Shown one piece after another: positions 54,001 through 64,000 of a stretch of DNA of 64,000 nt. Every line of letters begins with the position of its first letter. Position 1 is the first letter of the stretch. Source of the stretch: Nitrospirales bacterium (GTDB lineage Bacteria > Nitrospirota > Nitrospiria > Nitrospirales > UBA8639); contig CBDBCZ010000015.1 in assembly GCA_965203295.1 (NCBI GenBank), positions 1,024,001 through 1,088,000 of the forward strand, written 5' to 3'. The position numbers were made by a program, and so were the translations under genes. The notes under the pieces were generated by a model. That model was given only the letters and a program-made list of their open reading frames with translations, had not been told where the DNA came from and searched no databases.

Positions 54001-57000
54001 AGCCAAAGACACTAGCTACCATTGATCTGACCCTTCCCAACTGTTTAGAAAAAGAACTAGTTATTCAAAGGCCTGTTTAGTTTTTTTGACGTTAGCCTGA
54101 AGATTAGGAAAGAAGGATTTTATTGAAAATTGTTAGTTTTGTTGGTCTCTAGCAAAGACTTTGAGCCAAAGTCACTACCTACCATTGATCTGACCTCTCC
54201 CAACTGTTTAGAAAAAGAGCTCGTTATTCAAAGGCTTGTTTAGTTTGAATGATATTAGTCAGATACAATACATGCTTAGGAAGTATCGATGTTCAAGAAA
54301 GGAACTGGTTATTTAAAGGCCGGTTTAGTTTGGTTGATGTTAGTCTGAAGATTAGGAAAGAAGAATTTTACTCAAAAATTGTTAGTTTTGTTGGCCTCTA
54401 GCAAAGACTTTAAGCCAAAGTAACTAGCTACCATTGATCTGACCCTTCCCAACTGTTTAGGAAAAGAACTTGTTATGCAGAGTCTTGTTTAGTTTGAATG
54501 ATGTTAGTCTGAAGATTAGGAAAGAAGGATTTTATTAAAAATTGTTAGTTTATTTGGTCTCTAGCAGAGACTTTAAGCCAAAGTAACTAGCTACCATTTA
54601 TCAGACCCTTCCGAACTGTTTAGAAAAAGAACTGGTTATTCAAAGGCCTGTTTAGTTTTGTTGTTGTTAGCCTGAAGATTAGGAAAGAAGGATTTTATTG
54701 AAAATTGTTAGTTTTGTTTGTCTCTAGCAAAGACTTTAAACCAAAGTCACTAGCTACCATTGATCTGACCCTTCCCAACTGTTTAGAAAATGAGCTGGTT
54801 ATTCAAAGGCTAGTTTAGTTTGAATGATGTTAGTCAAATACAATAATCCTTAGGAAGTATCGATGTTCAAGAAAGGAACTGATTATTCAAAGGCTTGTTT
54901 AGTTTGCTTGATGTTAGTCTGCAGATTAGGAAAGAAGTATTTTATAGAAAATCATTAGTTTTGTTAGTCTCTAGCAAAGACTTTGAGCCAAAGTAACTAG
55001 CTACCATTGATCTGACCCTTCCCAACTGTTTAGGAAAAGAACTGGTTATTCAAAAGCTTATTTAGTTTGAATGATGTTAGTCATATACAATACACGCTTA
55101 GGAAGTATCGATGTTCAAGAAAGGAACTTGTTATTCAAAGGCTTGTTTAGTTTGGTTGATGTTAGTCTGAAGATTAGGAAAGAAGGATTTTATTTAAAAT
55201 TGTTAGTTTTGTTGATCTCAGGCAAAGACTTTCAGCCAAAGTAACTAGCTACCATTGATCTGACCCTTCCCAACTGTTTAGGAAAAGAATCTGTTATTCA
55301 AAGGCTTATTTAGTTTGAATGATGTTAGTCAGATACAATACATGCTTAAGAAGTATCGTTGTTCAAGAAAGGAACTGGTTATTCAAAGGCTAGTTTAGTT
55401 TTAATGATGTTAGTCAAATACAATATATCCTTAGGAAGTATCGATGTTCAAGAAAGGAACTGGTTATTCAAAGGCTTGTTTAATTTTGTTGATGTTAGTC
55501 TGCATATTAGGAAAGAAGTATTTTATAGAAAATCGTTAGTTTTGTTGGTCTAGCTACCATTGATCTGACCCTTCCCTACTGTTTAGGAAAAGAACTGGTT
55601 ATTGAAAGGCTTGATTTGTTTTAATGATGTTAGTCGGATACAATACGTGTTTAGGAAGTGTCAATGCTCAAGAAAGGAACTGGTTATTCAAAGGCTTGTT
55701 TAGTTTGGTTGATGTTAGTCTGAAGATTAGGAAAGAAGGATTTTATTGAAAATTGTTAGTTTTGTTGGTCTCTAGCAAAGACTTTAAGCCAAAGTAACTA
55801 GCTACCATTTATCTGACCCTTCCCAACTTTTTAGAAAAAGAACTGGTTATTCAAAGGCTTGTTTAGTTTGAATGATGTTAGTCTGAAGATTAGGAAAGAA
55901 GGATTTTATTGAAAATTGTTAGTTTAGTTGGTCTCTAGCAAAGACTTTAAGCCAAAGTAACTAGCTACCATTTTTCTGACCCTTCCTAACTGTTTAGAAA
56001 AGAACTGGTTATTGAAAGGCCTGTTTAGTTTTGTTGATGTTAGCCTGAAGATTAGGAAAGAAGGATTTTATTGATAATTGTTAGTTTTGTAGGTCTCTTG
56101 CAAAGACTTTCAGCCAAAGTAACTAGCTACCATTGATCTGACCCTTCCCAACTGTTTAGGAAAAGAACTGGTTATTCAAAGGCTTGTTTAGTTTGAATGA
56201 TGTTAGTCTGAAGATTAGGAAAGAAGAATTTTATTGAAAATCGTTAGTTTTGTTGGTCTCTAGCAAAGACTTTAAGCCAAAGTAACTAGCTACCATTGAT
56301 CTGACCCTTCCCAACGGTTTAGGAAAAGAACTGGTTATTCAAAGGCTTGTTTAGTTTAAATGATGTTAGTCGGATACAATACATGCTTAGGAAGTATCGA
56401 TGTTCAAGAAAGGAACTGGTTATTCAAAGGCTTGTTTAATTTTGTTGATGTTAGTCTGCAGATTAGGAAAGAAGTATTTTATAGAAAATCGTTAGATTTG
56501 TTGGTCTAGCTACCATTGATCTGACCCTTCCCTACATTTTAGGAAAAGAACTGGTTATTGAAAGGCTTGATTAGCTTAAATGATGTTAGTCGGATACAAT
56601 ACGTGTTTCGGAAGTGTCGATGTTCAAGAAAGGAACTGGTTATTCAAAGGCTTGTTTAGTTTGGTTGATGTTAGTCTGAAGATTAGGAAAGAAGGATTTT
56701 ATTGAAAATCGTTAGTTTTGTTGGTCTCTAGCAAAGACTTTAAGCCAAAGTAACTAGCTACCATTTATCTGACCCTTCCCAACTGTTTAGAAAAAGAACT
56801 GGTTATTCAAAGGCTTGTTTAGTTTGAATGATGTTAGTCTGAAGATTAAGAAAGAAGGATTTTATTGAAAATTGTTAGTTTTGTTGGTCTCTAGCAAAGA
56901 CTTTAAGCCAAAGTAACTAGCTACCATTTTTCTGACCCTTCTTAACTGTATAGAAAAGAACTGGTTATAGAAAGGCCTGTTTAGTTTTGTTGATGTTAGC

Positions 57001-60000
57001 CTGAAGATTAGGAAAGAAGGATTTTATTGATAATTGTTAGTTTTGTAGGTCTCTTGCAAAGACTTTCAGCCAAAGTAACTAGCTACCATTGATCTGACCC
57101 TTCCCAACTGTTTAGGAAAAGAACTGGTTATTCAAAGGCTTGTTTAGTTTGAATGATGTTAGTCTGAAGAATAGGAAAGAAGAATTTTATTGAAAATCGT
57201 TAGTTTTGTTGGTCTCTAGCAAAGACTTTAAGCCAAAGTAACTAGCTACCATTGATCTGACCCTTCCCAACTGTTTAGGAAAAGAACTAGTTATTCAAAG
57301 TCTTGTTTAGTTTGAATGATGTTAGTCTGAAGATTAGGAAAGAAGGATTTTATTGAAAATTGTTAGTTTTTTTGGTCTCTAGCAAAGACTTTAAGCCAAA
57401 GTTACTAGCTACCATTGATCTGACCCTACCGAACTATTTAGAAAATGAGCTGGTTATTCAAAGGCTTGTTTTGTTTTAATGATATTTGTCAGATACAATA
57501 CATGCTTAGGAAGTATCAATTGTCAAGAAAGGAACTGGTTATTTAAAGCTTGTTTAGTTTGGTTGATGTTAGTCTGAAGATTAGGAAAGAAGGATTTTAT
57601 TTAAAATTGTTAGTTTTTTTGTCTCTAGCAAAGACTTTAAGCCAAAGTAACTTGCTACCATTTATCTGACCCTTCCCAACTGTTTAGAAAAAGAGCTGGT
57701 TATTCAAAGGCCTGTTTAGTTTTGTTGATGTTAGCCTGAAGATTAGGAAAGAAGTATTTTATAGAAAATCGTTAGTTTTGTTAGTCTCTAACAAAGACTT
57801 TGAGCCTGAGTAACTAACTACCATTGATCTGACCCTTCCCAACTGTTTAGGAAAAGAACTGTTTATTCAAAGGCTTGTTTAGTTTAAATGATGTTAGTCG
57901 GATACAATACATGCTTAGGAAGTATCGATGTTCAAGAAAGGAACTGGTTATTCAAAGGCTTGTTTAGTTTGGTTGATATTAGTCTGCAGATTAGGAAAGA
58001 AGGATTTTATTGAAAATTGTTAGTTTTGTTGGTCTCTAGCAAAGACTTTAAGCCAAAGTAACTAGCTACCATTGATCTGACCCTTCCCAACTGTTTAGGA
58101 AAAGAACTTGTTATTCAAAGGCTTGTTTAGTTTGAATGAAGTTAGTCTGTTGATTAGGAAAGAAGGATTTTATTGAAAATTGTTAGTTTTGTTGGTCTCT
58201 AGCAAAGACTTTAAGCCAAAGTAACTAGCTACCATTTATCTGACCATGCTTAGAAAGTATCGATGTTCAAGAAAGGAACTGGTTATTCAAAGGCTTGTTT
58301 AGTTGGCTTGATGTTAGTCTGCAGATTAGAAAAGAAGTATTTTATAGAAAATCGTTAGTTTTATTGGTCTCTAGCAAAGACTTTGAGCCAAAGTAACTAG
58401 CTACCATTGATCTGACCCTTCCCAACTGTTTAGGAAAAGAACTGGTTATTCAAAGGCTTGTTTAGTTTAAATGATGTTAGTCGTATACAATACATGCTTA
58501 GGAAATATCGATGTTCAAGAAAGGAACTGGTTATTCAAAGGCTTGTTTAGTTTGGTATATGTTAGTCTGCAGATTAGGAAAGAAGTATTGTATAGAAAAT
58601 CATTAGTTTTGTTAGTCTCTAGCAAAGACTTTGAGCCAAAGTAACTAGCTACCATTGATCTGACCCTTCCCAACTGTTTAGGAAAATAACTGGTTATTCA
58701 AAAGCTTATTTAGTTTGAATGATGTTGGTCATATACAATACACGCTTAGGAAGTATCGATGTTCAAGAAAGGAACTTGTTATTCAAAGGCTTTTTTAGTT
58801 TGGTTGATGTTAGTCTGAAGATTAGGAAAGAAGGATTTTATTTAAAATTGTTAGTTTTGTTGATCTCAGGCAAAGACTTTCAGCCAAAGTAACTAGCTAC
58901 CATTGATCTGACCCTTCCCAACTGTTTAGGAAAAGAGTCTGTTATTCAAAGGCTTGTTTAGTTTGAATGATGTTAGTCAGATACAATACATGCTTAGGAA
59001 GTATTGTTGTTCAAGAAAGGAACTGGTTATTCAAAGGCTAGTTTAGTTTGAATGATGTTAGTCAAATACAATATATCCTTAGGAAGTATCGATGTTCAAG
59101 AAAGGAACTGGTTATTCAAAGGCTTGTTTAATTTTGTTGATGTTAGTCTGCAGATTAGGAAAGAAGTATTTTATAGAAAATCGTTAGTTTTGTTGGTCTA
59201 GCTACCATTGATCTGACCCTTCCCTACATTTTAGGAAAAGAACTGGTTATTGAAAGGCTTGATTAGCTTAAATGATGTTAGTCGGATACAATACGTGTTT
59301 CGGAAGTGTCGATGTTCAAGAAAGGAACTGGTTATTCAAAGGCTTGTTTAGTTTGGTTGATGTTAGTCTGAAGATTAGGAAAGAAGGATTTTATTGAAAA
59401 TCGTTAGTTTCGTTGGTCTCTAGCAAAGACTTTAAGCCAAAGTAACTAGCTACCATTTATCTGACCCTTCCCAACTGTTTAGAAAAAGAACTGGTTATTC
59501 AAAGGCTTGTTTAGTTTGAATGATGTTAGTCTGAAGATTAGGAAAGAAGGATTTTATTGAAAATTGTTAGTTTTGTTAGTCTCTAGCAAAGACTTTAAGC
59601 CAAAGTAACTAGCTAACATTTTTCTGACCCTTCTTAACTGTTTAGAAAAGAACTGGTTATTGAAAGGCCCGTTTAGTTTTGTTGATGTTAGCCTGAAGAT
59701 TAGGAAAGAAGGATTTTATTGATAATTGTTAGTTTTGTAGGTCTCTTGCAAAGACTTTCAGCCAAAGTAACTAGCTACCATTGATCTGACCCTTCCCAAC
59801 TGTTTAGGAAAAGAACTGGTTATTCAAAGGCTTGTTTAGTTTGAATGATGTTAGTCTGAAGAATAGGAAAGAAGAATTTTATTGAAAATCGTTAGTTTTG
59901 TTGGTCTCTAGCAAAGACTTTAAGCCAAAGTAACTAGCTACCATTGATCTGACCATGCTTAGGAAGTATCGATGTTCAAGAAAGGAACTGGTTATTCAAA

Positions 60001-63000
60001 GGCTTGTTTAGTTTGCTTGATGTTAGTCTGCAGATTAGAAAAGAAGTATTTTATAGAAAATCGTTATTTTTGTTGGTCTCTAGCAAAGACTTTGAGCCAA
60101 AGTAACTAGCTACCATTGATCTGACCCTTCCCAACTGTTTAGGAAAAGAACTGGTTATTCAAAGGCCTGTTTAGTTTTGTTGATTTTAGTCTGAAAATTA
60201 GGAAAGAAGGATTTTATTGAAAATTGTTAGTTTTGTTGGTCTCTAGCAAAGACTTTAAGCCAAAGTTACTAGCTACCATTGATCTGACCCTTCCGAACTA
60301 TTTAGAAAATGAGCTGGTTATTCAAAGGCTTGTTTTGTTTTAATGATATTAGTCAGATACAATACATGCTTAGGAAGTATCAATGTTCAAGAAAGGAACT
60401 GGTTATTCAAAGCTTGTTTAGTTTGGTTGATGTTAGTCTGAAGATTAGGAAAGAATGATTTTATTTAAAATTGTTAGTTTTTTTGTCTCTAGCAAAGACT
60501 TTAAGTCAAAGTAACTTGCTACCATTTATCTGACCCTTCCCAACTGTTTAGAAAAAGAGCTGGTTATTCAAAGGCCTGTTTAGTTTTGTTGATGTTAGCC
60601 TGAAGATTAGGAAAGAAGTATTTTATAGAAAATCATTAGTTTTGTTAGTCTCTAACAAAGACTTTGAGCCTGAGTAACTAAACACCATTGATCTGACCCT
60701 TCCCAACTGTTTAGGAAAAGAACTTTTTATTCAAAGGCTTGTTTAGTTTAAATGATGTTAGTCGGATACAATACATGCTTAGGAAGTATCGATGTTCAAG
60801 AAAGGAACTGGTTATTCAAAGGCTTGTTTAGTTTGGTTGATATTAGTCTGCAGATTAGGAAAGAAGGATTTTATTGAAAATTGTTAGTTTTGTTGGTCTC
60901 TAGCAAAGACTTTAAGCTAAAGTAACTAGCTACCATTGATCTGACCCTTCCCAACTGTTTAGGAAAAGAACTTGTTATTCAAAGGCTTGTTTAGTTTGAA
61001 TGAAGTTAGTCTGTTGATTAGGAAAGAAGGATTTTATTGAAAATTGTTAGTTTTGTTGGTCTCTAGCAAAGACTTTAAGCCAAAGTAACTAGCTACCATT
61101 TATCTGACCATGCTTAGGAAGTATCGATGTTCAAGAAAGGAACTGGTTATTCAAAGGCTTGTTTAGTTTGCTTGATGTTAGTCTGCAGATTAGAAAAGAA
61201 GTATTTTATAGAAAATCTTTAGTTTTGTTGGTCTCTAGCAAAGACTTTGAGCCAAAGTAACTAGCTACCATTGATCTGACCCTTCCCAACTGTTTAGGAA
61301 AAGAACTGGTTATTCAAAGGCTTGTTTAGTTTAAATGATGTTAGTCGTATACAATACATGCTTAGGAAATATCGATGTTCAAGAAAGGAACTGGTTATTC
61401 AAAGGCTTGTTTGGTTTGGTATATGTATGTCTGCAGATTAGGAAAGAAGTATTGTATAGAAAATCATTAGTTTTGTTAGTCTTTAGCAAAGACTTTGAGC
61501 CGAAGTAACTAGCTACCATTGATCTGACCCTTCCCAACTGTTTAGGAAAAGAACTGGTTATTCAAAAGCTTATTTAGTTTGAATGATGTTAGTCATATAC
61601 AATACACGCTTAGGAAGTATCGATGTTCAAGAAAGGAACTTGTTATTCAAATGCTTTTTTAGTTTGGTTGATGTTAGTCTGAAGATTAGGAAAGAAGGAT
61701 TTTATTTAAAATTGTTAGTTTTGTTGATCTCAGGCAAAGACTTTCAGCCAAAGTAACTAGCTACCATTGATCTGACCCTTCCCAACTGTTTAGGAAAAGA
61801 GTCTGTTATTCAAAGGCTTGTTTAGTTTGAATGATGTTAGTCAGATACAATACATGCTTAGGAAGTATCGTTGTTCAAGAAAGGAACTGGTTATTCAAAG
61901 GCTAGTTTAGTTTGAATAATGTTAGTCAAATACAATATATCCTTAGGAAGTATCGATGCTCAAGAAAGGAACTGGTTATTCAAAGGCTTGTTTAATTTTG
62001 TTGATGTTAGTCTGCAGATTAGGAAAGAAGTATTTTATAGAAAATCGTTAGTTTTGTTGGTCTAGCTACCATTGATCTAACCCTTCCCTACATTTTAGGA
62101 AAAGAACTGGTTATTGAAAGGCTTGATTAGCTTAAATGATGTTAGTCGGATACAATACGTGTTTCGGAAGTGTCGATGTTCAAGAAAAGAACTGGTTATT
62201 CAAAGGCTTGTTTAGTTTGGTTGATGTTAGTCTTAAGATTAGGAAAGAAGGATTTTATTGAAAATCGTTAGTTTTGTTGGTCTCTAGCAAAGACTTTAAG
62301 CCAAAGTAACTAGCTACCATTTATCTGACCCTTCCCAACTGTTTAGAAAAAGAACTGGTTATTCAAAGGCTTGTTTAGTTTGAATGATGTTAGTCTGAAG
62401 ATTAGGAAAGAAGGATTTTATAGAAAATTGTTAGTTTTGTTGGTCTCTAGCAAAGACTTTAAGCCAAAGTAACTAGCTAACATTTTTCTGACCCTTCTTA
62501 ACTGTTTAGAAAAGAACTGGTTATTGAAAGGCCTGTTTAGTTTTGTTGATTTTAGCCTGAAGATAAGGAAAGAAGGATTTTATTGATAATTGTTAGTTTT
62601 GTAGGTCTCTTGCAAAGACTTTAAGCCAAAGTAACTAGCTACCATTTATCTGACCCTTCCTAACTGTTTAGAAAAAGAACTGGTTATTCAAAGGCTGGTT
62701 TTGGTTGCATGATATTAGTCGGATACAATACATGCTTAGGAAGTATCAATGTTCAAGAAAGGAACTGGTTATTCAAAGGCTTGTTTAGTTTGGTTAATGT
62801 TAGTCTGAAGATTAGGAAAGAAGGATTTTATTGAAAATTGTTAGTTTTGTTGGTCTCTAGCAAAGACTTTAAGCCAAAGTAACTAGCTACCATTGATCTG
62901 ACCCTTCCCAACTGTTTAGGAAAACAACTGGTTATTCAAAGGCTTGTTTAGTTTGAATGATGTAAGTCTGAAGATTAGGAAAGAAGGATTTTATTGAAAA

Positions 63001-63482
63001 TTGTTAGTTTTGTTGTTCTCTAGCAAAGACTTTAAGCCAAAGTAACTAGCTACCATTTATCTGACCTTTCCCAACTGTTTAGAAAAGGAACTAGTTATTC
63101 AAAGGGCTGTTTAGTTTTTTTGATGTTAGCCTTAAGATTAGGAAAGAAGGATTTTATTGAAAATTGTTAGTTTTGTTGGTCTCTTGCAATGACTTTAATT
63201 AAGCCAAAGTTACTAGCTACCATTGATCTGACCTTTCCGAACTATTTAGAAAAAGTGCTGGTTATTCAAAGGCTTGTTTTGTTTGAATGATATTAGTCAG
63301 ATACAATACATGTTTAGGAAGTATCGATGTTCAAGAAAGGAACTGGTTATTCTAAGGCTTGTTTAGTTTGGTTGATGTTTGTCTGAAGATTAGGACAGAA
63401 GGATTTTATTTAAAATTGTTAGTTTTTTTGTCTCTAGCAAAGACTTTAAGCCAAAGTAACTAGCTACCATTTATCTGGCCCT
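39073..63482 (+). repeat. Satellite array (right), same 163/85-bp family and orientation
   Basis: Resumes at TAGGAAAAGAACCGGTTATTC and ends abruptly inside an A monomer at ...CCATTTATCTGGCCCT. Confidence 0.98.
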
Positions 63483-63761
63483 ATACCCAGTATATCCAGC
63501 TTGTTCACGCTTGAATCATTGTAATCGCTTCAGCCATTATCGTGCTAGCCTGGCTAAAGAAAGAAGAAAGAATAGTACGATTACGCCCCTCGCCTCCACT
63601 GTGTCGACTTGCCCGTCTGGTACTCCAGCGAAGGTTTCTTGCAACGCCAACAGTCTTGTTGCTGATGAAAACACTCGAGATGTCATAATATGGTTCATAA
63701 AAGCCTATGACTATAATCAAAGCCGAGTTCTGAACGTATGATTTTGTACGCGTTATATGGG

Positions 63762-63772
63762 GCCGCCATTTT
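63762..63772 (-). promoter_or_regulatory. YY1-like motif (AAAATGGCGGC on the minus strand)
   Basis: GCCGCCATTTT matches the YY1 consensus. It lies in a CpG-richer segment about 20 bp from a hairpin. Function is unproven. Confidence 0.35.
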
Positions 63773-63793
63773 TTTGCCGTGCCATCCCTACAT

Positions 63794-63815
63794 ATGGAGT
63801 ACTATCGTACTCCAT
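63794..63815. other. Perfect 9-bp stem-loop, candidate terminus of a rolling-circle (Helentron-type) element
   Basis: ATGGAGTAC-TATC-GTACTCCAT followed by GATTA. The hairpin is directly visible; the element identity is inferred. Confidence 0.5.
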
Positions 63816-63910
63816 GATTACTTGATACATAAGCTTTTCCTCCACTTTCTGTAGCTACATTGTTAACACTTCCACTTATTTGGAGCTGTTGAAGCTTATC
63901 AGCATGTTTA

Positions 63911-64000
63911 TAATTGGGCGAGCATGAGCGAGCCCCGCACTAGTGTGTTCAATTGAGAATTTGTCTGTGCGTACGGTGTACGTACATGCGTGTGTACGTG
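63911..64000 (+). mobile_element. Probable end of a DINE-1/Helentron-like non-autonomous element (hairpin followed by microsatellite-like tract), truncated by the window end
   Basis: TAATT-GGGCGAGC-ATGA-GCGAGCCC hairpin with tandem G.A mismatches (63916-63935), then a (CGTA/TGTA/TGTG)-rich tract from ~63965. Confidence 0.5.

Noticed and set aside
351..55553. ORFs 351-542, 28034-28258, 31096-31284, 55359-55553, and the idea of a coding repeat
   Set aside because: These are chance stop-free stretches of satellite. Monomer lengths 163, 85 and 248 are not multiples of 3, and the equivalent frames in most other copies contain stops.
1..63482. CRISPR array (constant 44-bp repeat with intervening sequences)
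   Set aside because: The intervening sequences are just two recurring tails rather than unique spacers. The head varies between copies, there are no cas genes, and the context has spliceosomal introns.
63505..63741. Overlapping 71-aa and 76-aa ORFs
   Set aside because: They are short, mutually antisense and have no recognisable domain; the + ORF starts with TTG.

Overview
Eukaryotic, probably animal, heterochromatin-like DNA. The repeat types suggest a marine invertebrate such as a demosponge, but that is inference only. About 94% of the window is one ~35% GC satellite in two same-orientation arrays (1-35572 and ~39073-63482). It is built from a 163-bp monomer (A) and an 85-bp monomer (B) that share one 44-bp head (GAACTGGTTATTCAAAGGCTTGTTTAGTTTG(AA/GT)TGATGTTAGTC). 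A rare ~172-185-bp hybrid monomer (C) also occurs. The arrays contain nested higher-order duplications, the largest a ~99.9% identical 10,160-bp tandem duplication. A 3.5-kb unique island (35573-39072) interrupts the satellite. It holds a BEL/Pao-type gag fragment, five intron-separated exons of a damaged TRAPPC13 copy, a Penelope-like RT fragment split by a 67-bp TIR element with a 9-bp TSD, and a 64-bp palindromic TAG..CTA element. After the array ends there are two hairpin motifs resembling Helentron/DINE-type element ends and a YY1-like site. No intact gene, RNA gene or CRISPR array is present, and the supplied ORFs are spurious. Protein-family calls come from my recognition of translated motifs, not from database searches.
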